A stretch of 43,468 nt of DNA from an uncultured Candidatus Saccharibacteria bacterium (GCA_964493145.1 CAZBMV010000004.1:1-43468), one strand, 5' to 3'. Shown: positions 15,659-24,184, counted from the first letter of the stretch. Numbers and translations are program-made. Notes: generated by a model from the letters alone, not told the origin.

Positions 15659-17860
15659 CTACTGTGGAGTCACTTCATTTTGAATCCCAAGATTCGTCCC
15701 AATCATACTTGTCATAAACTGCTCCGCCTGCTCCTTGAAACTCGGAATGTCTTCTCCCGCTTTCTTCAAGATCTCAACGGCACGTGCGGTGTCACCGGAC
15801 TCATTGAGTACGTACGCGAGACTGGTGCGCTCTTGTGGATCGTTTGGTTTCGCTGCCACGCGCATCTCAAGCATTTCAATGAGGAGCGAGTACTGCTTTG
15901 CCATGTACGCCGCCTGCACCGCTCTATCATCCATCGCAAGCGCACGCTTCTCTTCCTCGGTCGTGATGATTTCACTCACGCGTTCCGGCATCTTCGCGTA
16001 GAGGAGCGACATCGCATAGAGAACGCGCGATTCCATAAACTGCGGACCAAGGTCGTACGCCTCCTTGAAGAGTGCGACACCTTTCTCCATATCCTGCTTC
16101 TGCAAGTGGGCAAAGCCCTGCTCGTAGATAATGAGTTGCTTTCGCGGTGAGAGTTCGCGAGCTGTGTTGAGGTGCTCAATCGCCTTGTCGGTGTTGCCGG
16201 TCATTCTGTAGAACGAACTGACGAAGACCTCAACGCGCGCGTCTCCCGGCTTTTCGTCAATTTGCTTGAGAAGCTCTTCCTCAACGCGCACCGCAAACTT
16301 TTGCTTGATCTCATCAGGCACGTTCTTGTCTTGGTAGAGCGACTGGAAGCGCTGGGTCATCTGTTCGCGAATTTCTTGGTTTCCGAATGAGTTTCGCGAG
16401 AGCGCGATGTTGAAGTGCTCAAGCATCGCACTCGGGTCTTGTGTCCTGAACGCGTCAATGATGTCACTCGCGGCTTTGATATTTGGCACGTTGACGTAGT
16501 AGACGGTTGCAAAGAGGACGACACCGATGATTGGTGTCACCACCTGCTCCACGACGCTCGTGTTCACCTTCCACGTTTCAATGTTCTGAACAGGTACGGC
16601 GACTCGTGCGTGAATGTACGCGAGTATCGTGCCGTAGAAGATGTAACTGACAATGTTGTCAAAGACGAAGACGTTGTGGACGAGGTACCCCGCGAGAAGT
16701 CCGAGGAGTACGGCACGCTCAATGGTGGAGAACGTCTCATCGTCTCTCCGCATGAGCGGACGAACGAAGAGGTAGTACACCGCCGCGCCGAGAATGGAGA
16801 AGTACGCAATGAGTCCGAGCGCACCTCCCGCAATGAGCCAATCCATGACAATGTTGTGCACGCGGTCAAACCACGCCTCCTGCCCATGGAGTTCCGGTTC
16901 GTAGTACTTGTTGAAGACGTAGTTGTAGTTGCTCTGCCCCCACCCGAGAATCGGACGCTCTTTCACGCCATTGAACGCCATTGACCATATATCAAAACGA
17001 GTTGACGCTTCTTTGAGTGAGATAGAGGCAATACGCTCAAGGTACGGATTCTCCTGTATGAATGCCGACTCCTTGAAGGTGACAAAGAGCGCCACGAGCG
17101 AGATGAGACCCACGATGCCTCCCGTCGCAACCTTGCGAACGATTGGGTACTCCCGCGCGAAGAGTGCCATGTACGCCACCATGATGAATGAACCGGTGAG
17201 GAGGCCGAGGACGGTACCGCGCGTTGCGGTCTGCACGAGGAGGTAGATGAAGAGGAGCGCGAGGCCGCCGTAGACGTACCGTGCGCCGACACTCTTTGTA
17301 CGGAAGAGCATGAAGAACGTAATGAATACGTGGAAGAGCATGTAGATAGCCATGTACGCCGAGTTTCCGAGTGTTCCATCAAGGCGCCATCCTCCCTGGT
17401 TGATGGTGATGTTGCCTGAGAGCTGCGCGAATGCGTAGAGTGAGAGAACGATGGCAACGCCGATTGTTGTGATGAAGAGTCTGTCCCACACTTTTTCCGT
17501 GCGGAGTACGCTCCCCGCGACGAGCATGTAGAGGAAGGTGTGCACCAAGGTGACGTACCCCTCCATACGCTCAAAGTTGCTCCAAAAACTTGCGTGAGAA
17601 TTCTCACCAAAGAGGTTGGCAAAAAACATCACGACGAGGAGTCCGCTGAAACAGGCGAGGATCCACGAGAAGCGCGGACGGTAGTACGGCTCGTAGAGCG
17701 CGAGTATGACCCACGCTGCAAAGATAATTTCAACAATAATGCGAAAGGCGAAGTTCTTTCCCGTAATAAATGGGAAGAAGAGCGGATTGGAAATGTACAG
17801 TACGATTGCGGGAATGATGAAAATTCCGGCGTACACGAGTGCTTTTGATATATCTTTCAT
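15659..17860 (-). CDS. O-antigen ligase (Wzy_C) family membrane protein with C-terminal TPR region; probable O-oligosaccharyltransferase
   Basis: About 12 TM segments, RLDGTLGNSAYMA, TATRG, RPILGWG, FDRVHN. Start MKDISK (ORF-track start 17920 probably overextended). Confidence 0.88.
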   Translation of the reverse strand: MKDISKALVYAGIFIIPAIVLYISNPLFFPFITGKNFAFRIIVEIIFAAWVILALYEPYYRPRFSWILACFSGLLVVMFFANLFGENSHASFWSNFERMEGYVTLVHTFLYMLVAGSVLRTEKVWDRLFITTIGVAIVLSLYAFAQLSGNITINQGGWRLDGTLGNSAYMAIYMLFHVFITFFMLFRTKSVGARYVYGGLALLFIYLLVQTATRGTVLGLLTGSFIMVAYMALFAREYPIVRKVATGGIVGLISLVALFVTFKESAFIQENPYLERIASISLKEASTRFDIWSMAFNGVKERPILGWGQSNYNYVFNKYYEPELHGQEAWFDRVHNIVMDWLIAGGALGLIAYFSILGAAVYYLFVRPLMRRDDETFSTIERAVLLGLLAGYLVHNVFVFDNIVSYIFYGTILAYIHARVAVPVQNIETWKVNTSVVEQVVTPIIGVVLFATVYYVNVPNIKAASDIIDAFRTQDPSAMLEHFNIALSRNSFGNQEIREQMTQRFQSLYQDKNVPDEIKQKFAVRVEEELLKQIDEKPGDARVEVFVSSFYRMTGNTDKAIEHLNTARELSPRKQLIIYEQGFAHLQKQDMEKGVALFKEAYDLGPQFMESRVLYAMSLLYAKMPERVSEIITTEEEKRALAMDDRAVQAAYMAKQYSLLIEMLEMRVAAKPNDPQERTSLAYVLNESGDTARAVEILKKAGEDIPSFKEQAEQFMTSMIGTNLGIQNEVTPQ

Positions 17861-17906
17861 AATGCCAAAAACTATATCACGTGTGGCACGAGGTGAAAAC
17901 GGTGAC

Positions 17907-17945
17907 AAAAACACCCGCAATCGCGAAGCGATTACGGTTGTTTTT
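17907..17945. repeat. REP-like hairpin R1, copy 1 (GCGAAGC on + strand)
   Basis: AAAAACACCCGCAATCGC-GAA-GCGATTACGGTTGTTTTT. Confidence 0.8.
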
Positions 17946-17967
17946 AAACAGGTCTTTCCTGTTTATT
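17946..17967. repeat. Hairpin R2, copy 1
   Basis: AAACAGG-TCTTT-CCTGTTT-ATT, identical 22-mer at 21022-21043. Confidence 0.85.
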
Positions 17968-17976
17968 CTACCACTC

Positions 17977-18243
17977 TCACACATTCTTATGGATGAGTGA
18001 AGTGATGAATGTTTGGTATGGTATTCCCTCTCGTGCGGCAGTTGCCTTAAGGTGCACCAAATCACGCTCGCTGAGACGAACACTGATAGTGCGTGTCTTC
18101 TCCAACGTATACCGCGCTATCGCAGCAAGTTCTTCTCTCTCCTCCTTGGTTGGTGGACGCGTCACAATTTCACCACTTTCAAGTGCATCTTCAATTTCTT
18201 GCTCTTCCGGTGTGAGGTTGTCAAAATTAGGTTCTTTAATCAT
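17977..18243 (-). CDS. CopG/RHH-type antitoxin (BrnA-like)
   Basis: C-terminal TRTISVRLSERDLVHLKATAAREGIPYQTFITSLIH, directly downstream of brnT. Confidence 0.85.
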   Translation of the reverse strand: MIKEPNFDNLTPEEQEIEDALESGEIVTRPPTKEEREELAAIARYTLEKTRTISVRLSERDLVHLKATAAREGIPYQTFITSLIHKNV

Positions 18244-18253
18244 GGTGTGTGTA

Positions 18254-18520
18254 TTACTTTGATAAATATTTCTTCGTCTCTTTCCTTGATGGGTATATTG
18301 TTTTGAGAAAAATTTTTTTGTCGTCTACTACGCAGGGAATTACGTATGCGTATCCGTGTAATGCAACAACGTATTTCATTTGGTGCGTATACGGTGGCTT
18401 ATTGTCTTCAACTGAAAGTATTCTATCTTCAACAATTTCAACCACACACATCTCAAATGAAACTCCCCTGTTCGCAATAAGCCATTCGTTCTTTTCCTTA
18501 TCCCAGTCAAAGTACTTCAT
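18254..18520 (-). CDS. brnT: BrnT-family toxin
   Basis: MKYFDWDKEKNEWLIANRGVSFE...KIFLKTIYPSRK. Confidence 0.88.
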   Translation of the reverse strand: MKYFDWDKEKNEWLIANRGVSFEMCVVEIVEDRILSVEDNKPPYTHQMKYVVALHGYAYVIPCVVDDKKIFLKTIYPSRKETKKYLSK

Positions 18521-18525
18521 TGTTT

Positions 18526-18557
18526 AGTATGATATACAATGTATATCATACTGTCAA
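18526..18557 (-). promoter_or_regulatory. brnT operon promoter (TTGACA-17-TATCAT) overlapped by a 27-bp operator palindrome
   Basis: Palindrome AGTATGATATACA-a-TGTATATCATACT (18526-18552); -35 at 18552-18557, -10 at 18529-18534. The ATG lies 8 nt after the -10, so the mRNA is leaderless-like. Confidence 0.8.
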
Positions 18558-18563
18558 TGTACA

Positions 18564-18600
18564 AAAACACCCGCAATCGCTTCGCGATTGCGGGTGTTTT
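18564..18600. repeat. REP-like hairpin R1, copy 2 (GCGAAGC on - strand)
   Basis: AAAACACCCGCAATCGC-TTC-GCGATTGCGGGTGTTTT, perfect 17-bp arms. Confidence 0.85.
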
Positions 18601-18611
18601 CTACAATAAAA

Positions 18612-20264
18612 CTACCCCTTTGCAAGGAATCCGCGGTCTCTGAGGTACGCGAGTATTTCCTCCACGAGTTCTTCCGGCGTCGCTTCCTCCGTCTTTGCGA
18701 CGAGTTCCGGATTCTCCGGTCGCTCGTACGGGTCATCAACACCGGTGAAGTTCTTAAGGAGTCCCTGCCGCGCCTTCTCATAGAGCCCTTTCGTATCGCG
18801 TCGCGCGCACTCATCAAGTGATGTGTCCACAAATATCTCAATGAACTCACCATGCTCCTCCACCATCGCGCGCACGCGGCGGCGTGCATCGCGATACGGC
18901 GCAATGAGTGAACAGATGACGATGCCACCGTGGCGAACGATTTCACTCGCCACAAACCCGACACGCTTCACGTTCTCATCACGATCCTCCTTTGAAAATC
19001 CGAGTCCCTTTGAGAGGTGTTCGCGAATGACGTCTCCATCAAGAAATGTGATGTTTCTGTCCTGAAGTTCCTGAAGACGCGAGAGAAGCAGTTGCGCGAG
19101 CGTTGACTTTCCCGAACACGAAAGTCCGGTGAAAAAGAACGCGATGCCGGGGCGTGAATCTTTGCTGACGCTGTCGCGCAAAATGGCAATACTCTCCTTG
19201 AACGAGAACCACTCCGGGATCTCTTCCCCTTCGCGAAGACGCCGACGAAACTCAGTTCCCGAAATAGTTTCAATTTCATCGTCAGGTGTCACCTCGTGTG
19301 ACGCCACGTACGCGTCGCGCGTCTTTGAGTACGCGAGTTCATCCGAAGGGACAACGGTGATACCAATCTCGTCTGCACATTTCTCTACGAGGTCACGTGC
19401 ATCATAGGGGCCGTAAAAATCCTTTCCATCGCTCCCTTTCCCCGGGCCCGCGTGATCCCTCCCCACAATGAAGTGCGTGCACCCGTAGTTCTTTCGTATG
19501 ATGGCGTGCCAGAGGGCCTCACGCGGGCCCGCCATGCGCATTGCGAGGGGCAGGAGCGAAAGTTCCATAAAATCCTTTCCGTGCGTGTTACACACCGCAT
19601 TGTACGTGCGCACACGGGTCACGTAGTCAATATCCCCCGGCTTCGTCATGCCGACGACGGGATGTACGAGAACGGGGGCACCAACCTTTTCATGAGCGCG
19701 CCTCACGAGTTCAAAGTGGGCACGATGCATCGGGTTCCGTGTTTGAAAGCCGACGACCTTGTCCCACCCACGTTCCTTAAAGAGCGCTTTGAGTTCTTGA
19801 GGCGTCTTCCGCAGGTGCGCAAAATCATTCCGCATAGGGAGTGCGATTTTGGTCACCGTACCGCCGAAGTACGTATCACCCATCTCATCAAAGAGGTACT
19901 GCACACCGGGGTGTGCCCGATCTTCGGTACCGTACACGTTTCGCGCCTCTTCGTTCTTGTCCGGGGTGTAGCGGGACGTAATGTGCATTGTCGCCAATGG
20001 ATTTCCAAACGGGTCGCAGAGGAGTACATCGTCACCAACCTTGTACGGACTGTCATTATGAACGTCAAGAACAATGGGAATAGGAAACAGCGTCCCATCG
20101 GGGAGGCGCATCGTTTCAACGACGGCGTTATACTCCTCTTCGGTCATAAAGCCCGTAACCGGCGCAAAACCACCTACGAGCATCACCTCCAAATCATGAA
20201 GCACCCTTCCACGCAAGTTAATTCTCGGTAAACGCACCATGTCGCTCTTTTGTGTTTCGTCCAT
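18612..20264 (-). CDS. sat: Bifunctional ATP sulfurylase / APS kinase (PAPS synthesis)
   Basis: QTRNPMHRAH, LPLAMRMAGPREALWHAIIRKNYGCTHFIVGRDHAGPG; C-terminal CysC domain GLSCSGKST, LDGDVIR, LYEKARQG..NFTGVDDPYE. Start uncertain (20264, 20240 or 20345). Confidence 0.95.
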   Translation of the reverse strand: MDETQKSDMVRLPRINLRGRVLHDLEVMLVGGFAPVTGFMTEEEYNAVVETMRLPDGTLFPIPIVLDVHNDSPYKVGDDVLLCDPFGNPLATMHITSRYTPDKNEEARNVYGTEDRAHPGVQYLFDEMGDTYFGGTVTKIALPMRNDFAHLRKTPQELKALFKERGWDKVVGFQTRNPMHRAHFELVRRAHEKVGAPVLVHPVVGMTKPGDIDYVTRVRTYNAVCNTHGKDFMELSLLPLAMRMAGPREALWHAIIRKNYGCTHFIVGRDHAGPGKGSDGKDFYGPYDARDLVEKCADEIGITVVPSDELAYSKTRDAYVASHEVTPDDEIETISGTEFRRRLREGEEIPEWFSFKESIAILRDSVSKDSRPGIAFFFTGLSCSGKSTLAQLLLSRLQELQDRNITFLDGDVIREHLSKGLGFSKEDRDENVKRVGFVASEIVRHGGIVICSLIAPYRDARRRVRAMVEEHGEFIEIFVDTSLDECARRDTKGLYEKARQGLLKNFTGVDDPYERPENPELVAKTEEATPEELVEEILAYLRDRGFLAKG

Positions 20265-20368
20265 ACGCTCAAATGTAACCACCACAATAGCACATTTGTT
20301 CCACTTCATAGAAAAACAGGGTGACGGAAATAATAAACAGATCAATCGTGTTTATTCCGTTTGGTCTG

Positions 20369-20641
20369 CTACCTATAGACATCCTTGCGATGTTTGATAT
20401 TCAAAATCATCAGAATAATAACGGAACCAGATTCATTTACTTCAAAGATTACTCTGTAGTCACCAACACGGTACCGGTATAATCCCACCAACGACCCAGT
20501 GAGTGCCTTTGCTCGTGTGAAAACAGTAGCATCTTCGCTAAACACCTTTACCTTTGCAACGATTCTCTGTGCGATCTTTTTATCAAGCGATTGAAGGTCT
20601 TTTAACGCCTTTGCAGTATATCGGCGAATCACCTTTTTCAT
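20369..20641 (-). CDS. relE: RelE/ParE-family toxin
   Basis: YTAKALKDLQSLD...LYRYRVGDYRVIF...IKHRKDVYR. Confidence 0.9.
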   Translation of the reverse strand: MKKVIRRYTAKALKDLQSLDKKIAQRIVAKVKVFSEDATVFTRAKALTGSLVGLYRYRVGDYRVIFEVNESGSVIILMILNIKHRKDVYR

Positions 20642-20643
20642 AT

Positions 20644-20886
20644 CTACGCAAGCATCTCAAGAACTTCTTCCTCACTATATACCCTCCCCTTTTTAGCGTC
20701 CTCTTTTGCTTCAAGAATTTCAGCAAAAAATGAATTAAGTGTTTCGTCCTCGCTAAACGGGGTCACCTCAAAGAGGGGCTTCTTGTGGCTCACAACAATA
20801 TACCGTGTTTTATTTTCACTTGCTTTTCGTGCGTATTCAGCAATTTTCTGACGAAAATCCTTAATTCCTACAAATTGTGTATTCAT
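20644..20886 (-). CDS. Phd/YefM-like antitoxin
   Basis: MNTQFVGIKDFRQKIAEYA...RYIVVSHKKPLF and acidic C-terminus EAKEDAKKGRVYSEEEV. Confidence 0.82.
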   Translation of the reverse strand: MNTQFVGIKDFRQKIAEYARKASENKTRYIVVSHKKPLFEVTPFSEDETLNSFFAEILEAKEDAKKGRVYSEEEVLEMLA

Positions 20887-20892
20887 GCATAA

Positions 20893-20922
20893 AAGTGTAC
20901 ACAATTGTGTACACTTCGTCAA
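20893..20922 (-). promoter_or_regulatory. phd-relE promoter (TTGACG-17-TACACT) with a perfect 24-bp operator palindrome
   Basis: AAGTGTACACAATTGTGTACACTT (20893-20916); ATG 7 nt after the -10. Confidence 0.8.
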
Positions 20923-20935
20923 CCGCCAAACGTCC

Positions 20936-20967
20936 ATAGAAAAAAAGAGCCAAAGGATTGGCTCTTT
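20936..20967 (-). terminator. Terminator hairpin R3, copy 1
   Basis: Minus strand AAAGAGCCAA-TCCT-TTGGCTCTTT followed by a T-tract. Near-identical to 24139-24169. Confidence 0.8.
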
Positions 20968-20982
20968 AATAACGAACGATTA

Positions 20983-21003
20983 CCCCTAGGGTTCCCCTAG
21001 GGG
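20983..21003. repeat. Hairpin CCCCTAGGG-TTC-CCCTAGGGG (GAA triloop on - strand)
   Basis: 9-bp arms built from a self-palindromic unit. Confidence 0.7.
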
Positions 21004-21021
21004 ATTTTTTAGTAGTTACAG

Positions 21022-21043
21022 AAACAGGTCTTTCCTGTTTATT
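21022..21043. repeat. Hairpin R2, copy 2
   Basis: Identical to 17946-17967 and abuts the stop codon at 21044. Confidence 0.85.
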
Positions 21044-21448
21044 TCATTGCGGGTTTTCCACAGAACGATACCCACGGACAATCTGAACAATTGAGCCGAT
21101 AACGAAGATTGAGTACATGAGTATGTGAGCAGGGATGTCGAATATGTCACTCGTGTTAAGGAACCCCCCGACAGTATGGTGAAACCCAAGATTAATGATT
21201 GTTGAAATAACGAGAATAACCGGTATGGCAACGCGGGCAAATTTCCACCATCTTTGATATACCTGATATGGTAAAAAAAATAGCAGTGCCAATATTAGCA
21301 AAACACCTCCAATAACGACAAGCCAATTGAATGCAATTCCATCATAATTTTGTAAGCATGAATAGCTGCAATATTTTCTACTACTTAATTGATCCATCAA
21401 AAATAATCCAAATGCAGCAATTCCAAAAAGCAGTGTTATTTTTTTCAT
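21044..21448 (-). CDS. Small multi-TM membrane protein of unknown function
   Basis: 134 aa with 3-4 hydrophobic segments, starting 6 nt after the lipase stop. Confidence 0.7.
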   Translation of the reverse strand: MKKITLLFGIAAFGLFLMDQLSSRKYCSYSCLQNYDGIAFNWLVVIGGVLLILALLFFLPYQVYQRWWKFARVAIPVILVISTIINLGFHHTVGGFLNTSDIFDIPAHILMYSIFVIGSIVQIVRGYRSVENPQ

Positions 21449-21454
21449 ATAAAT

Positions 21455-24001
21455 TTATTTTTTAATTAAACTCTCAATAATTCCAATGATACTTTGTCCT
21501 TCTGTTTGTGATAGAAATCGTAGACGCATATAGAGCACAACTTGTTGTTTTAGTGTATGAAGAATACGTAATTCAATCTTTGCATACTTTGGCTTCGTGA
21601 GTGATTTTTGGTGATGATGTTCTGCAACTTTTGCCGTTGCGAGGAGCACTTTCTTGAGTGCAAGCTTTAATGAAAGTGTGCTGATCGCATTTTTGAGCGT
21701 ATCGTAGGTAACTGATGCAGCAATCTCGCCACTTGTATTATATGCGATGTCTCCCGTTCCATCTCCATTGTAATCAACCTCAAGTACAGCATTTGCTATT
21801 GGAGTAGTATCCTGAATTTCCATTTGTACTCTTGTGCTCGTACTTGAGGGAATGCCCGCATAGGTGTGTCGCTCCTCCATTTTATTACTTTCCCATTCCT
21901 CAATCTCAAGTGTGAATGAACCGTCTAATAATCCATTCAAGACAAGTGTCGGCGTTTCGTCAGTGTCTCGTGGGAATGAGATGTACTGCAATTCACCATA
22001 CCGCCTGTACGTCGCTCCGCGAATGGTGTTTGTGGTGCTACTCACAACCCCATCTTGCGTGGTGACAGACATATCTAGTGGTGAGTGGAGATAGAGTACA
22101 AGCCGATCATCTTCCGGAAGTTGCGGGGGTGTGTCGCTAAAATATTCGTATGGAATGGTACTACTTGCCTGAATGGTATTTTGAACAAAATCAATCACAT
22201 CATTAACTTCAAATATATCCTTGTGAACTCTATCAAGGTTATTTTCATTATACCTAGACAAATTAACCCACCTCCTCTCAACATTCTCTGTACTCGTACT
22301 CATCGCGAGCGCGCTCGGCACCACCACCGTCCCATCTCCATCAATTACCATGTTTGGTCTATATCCAAGCTTTGCTTTATATTCAGTACATTGAAATAAC
22401 TTAAGGGGGTTTCGTGATACACACTCACGGTCGGTGAAGTACGTGATGCCTGCCGGTGTGTCTATGCCAGTACCAGCAATTTGGTATAACTTTATGTGTG
22501 ATGGTACTTCCCACTCACCGAGTAGCGTTTCTATCGTGTTTGCATAACCAAAAAGATACCCGTCAACTACTGCAGGGGTAAGGAGATCGTTAACATCAGG
22601 CACTGCCCTTCCACTCTCTTTGTGCATGAATGATTGCATGGTATCGGCATCTGCGATTTCCGTACCATACATTGATACCCACGGATTGGTTGCCGCTCCA
22701 TCTTCAAATGTAATAACTGGTGTTTGAACGCCGGAACCACTTCCAGAAAAATAATTTGCGTTTGGTAAGAGGTGATACGCAAATGGCATATTTGCCATTA
22801 ATTGACGAGTTGTTTCTTGAGAAATAATAGGCAAAATTTCTGTTCCATGAAGCATACCCATAAGTGCATCAGGAGTACCTACCTGTGGCGCGGCGACCAT
22901 GACAACAGTATCAATACTCAGAAGAAGTGGATCGTTATTGACATCCAGTGTGTGCAGAAATGCTTTTGCAAGCAATCCTCCATTCGAGTGCGTGACAATC
23001 GTTACTTTTCCGCCATCCTGATTCTCAGCAAGATCTTTCACTGTTTGATACATATAGCTTTCGTTGTATGGGGTGGTTATGTCATACACCACATGACCCT
23101 CTGAGTTCTTCTTCGTTTTCAGGATACTATCAAGACCAAGTCGCCAGTCATAGGGGAGCACAGCGTAATCTGCAATTAGTTCATTACCTTTCCAATCTTC
23201 AAGCGCATCGACAAATGTTTCGTATAAATTAAAAGCGGCGAACACATCCTCAACAAGCCCCGCTTCACCGGTTTTTGTGTATATTTCATTTTCACTCACC
23301 CCATCAATGCGCATCGCCATCTGCATCTGATCACACTCACTCATTGATACCCATCGCTCCTGCTCATCCACCTCAGAATCACACACATCACTCATTTCGT
23401 AGAGTCGCGACCCCATGATCCCCGGAATAAAAAGCACGCTTGAGGCGCCCGCCGGCTCCTCAACCGGTTCCGTGACCGTAAAGGTAACGGCGAGTGCCGG
23501 GCCGATGTAGCTGGCAAAGGCAGTTGGAATGAGGAGTTCACGGAAGCGTTCAAGAGCGCTTCCTCTTGTCATGACCGGAGAATACATTTCACTCACCACG
23601 AACGTGTATGTCCCCGCTTCGGTGAATCTGTACGATTCCCCGTTTGGGATGTACTGTTTCAAAATGTAATCACTTCCGCTGTGGAGGTAGAGCATACCTT
23701 CGGCGTATTCTGATGTGTACCCGGTGATGTTCCATGGATACGCGTTGCCGGTGAGAAATGCGTACGTGCTCCCGTGCTCAAGTGCTGTATCGCCGTACGT
23801 GACGACGAGCGCGGGATCCACTTCTGCAATGCCGAATGGATTGTCGCAATCCTCAATGGGAGTTTCACTGTCAATGACCGGACCGTCTCCATAGTCGTAG
23901 TACTCAATAATGCTTCCACAGGGCTCTTGTGCGAATACTGTTGCGGGAATACCCATACCTCCGATGAGTACGGCCACCGCAAGGAGAATGGCGTGTTTCA
24001 T
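21455..24001 (-). CDS. Secreted LCAT/PGAP1-like alpha/beta-hydrolase (lipase/acyltransferase)
   Basis: Signal peptide, VLFIPGIMGSRLY, LPYDWRL, nucleophile elbow VTHSNGG, AAPQVGTP, DGDGTVVVPSA, catalytic-type His in DRVHKDI. Confidence 0.85.
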   Translation of the reverse strand: MKHAILLAVAVLIGGMGIPATVFAQEPCGSIIEYYDYGDGPVIDSETPIEDCDNPFGIAEVDPALVVTYGDTALEHGSTYAFLTGNAYPWNITGYTSEYAEGMLYLHSGSDYILKQYIPNGESYRFTEAGTYTFVVSEMYSPVMTRGSALERFRELLIPTAFASYIGPALAVTFTVTEPVEEPAGASSVLFIPGIMGSRLYEMSDVCDSEVDEQERWVSMSECDQMQMAMRIDGVSENEIYTKTGEAGLVEDVFAAFNLYETFVDALEDWKGNELIADYAVLPYDWRLGLDSILKTKKNSEGHVVYDITTPYNESYMYQTVKDLAENQDGGKVTIVTHSNGGLLAKAFLHTLDVNNDPLLLSIDTVVMVAAPQVGTPDALMGMLHGTEILPIISQETTRQLMANMPFAYHLLPNANYFSGSGSGVQTPVITFEDGAATNPWVSMYGTEIADADTMQSFMHKESGRAVPDVNDLLTPAVVDGYLFGYANTIETLLGEWEVPSHIKLYQIAGTGIDTPAGITYFTDRECVSRNPLKLFQCTEYKAKLGYRPNMVIDGDGTVVVPSALAMSTSTENVERRWVNLSRYNENNLDRVHKDIFEVNDVIDFVQNTIQASSTIPYEYFSDTPPQLPEDDRLVLYLHSPLDMSVTTQDGVVSSTTNTIRGATYRRYGELQYISFPRDTDETPTLVLNGLLDGSFTLEIEEWESNKMEERHTYAGIPSSTSTRVQMEIQDTTPIANAVLEVDYNGDGTGDIAYNTSGEIAASVTYDTLKNAISTLSLKLALKKVLLATAKVAEHHHQKSLTKPKYAKIELRILHTLKQQVVLYMRLRFLSQTEGQSIIGIIESLIKK

Positions 24002-24078
24002 ATTCTGTCAATTATACACCTCGCCTCATCAATTTTTCCTGAAGAAGAGATAAAGAAAATTTTATGAAACGCAGATGT

Positions 24079-24139
24079 GTTCAAGGCCGGACCTTGTACG
24101 TGTAAGACCTTGTACGTTTAACGGACCTTGAACGTGTAA
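24079..24139. repeat. Short element of three tandem ~17-bp units inside an 8-bp inverted repeat (REP/MITE-like)
   Basis: GGACCTTGTACGTGTAA / GACCTTGTACGTTTAAC / GGACCTTGAACGTGTAA; GTTCAAGG (24079-86) is complementary to CCTTGAAC (24126-33). Confidence 0.7.
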
Positions 24140-24169
24140 TAGAAAAAAGAGCCAAAGGATTGGCTCTTT
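24139..24169 (-). terminator. Terminator hairpin R3, copy 2 (after gmhA)
   Basis: ATAGAAAAAAGAGCCAAAGGATTGGCTCTTT, differing from copy 1 only in A-run length. Confidence 0.8.
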
Positions 24170-24184
24170 TGAAAAGTACTTCCC

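Noticed and set aside
16963-17622. 219-aa alternative-frame ORF inside the ligase gene
   Set aside because: Ser/Arg-rich off-frame translation typical of GC-rich coding DNA, with no independent start signal.
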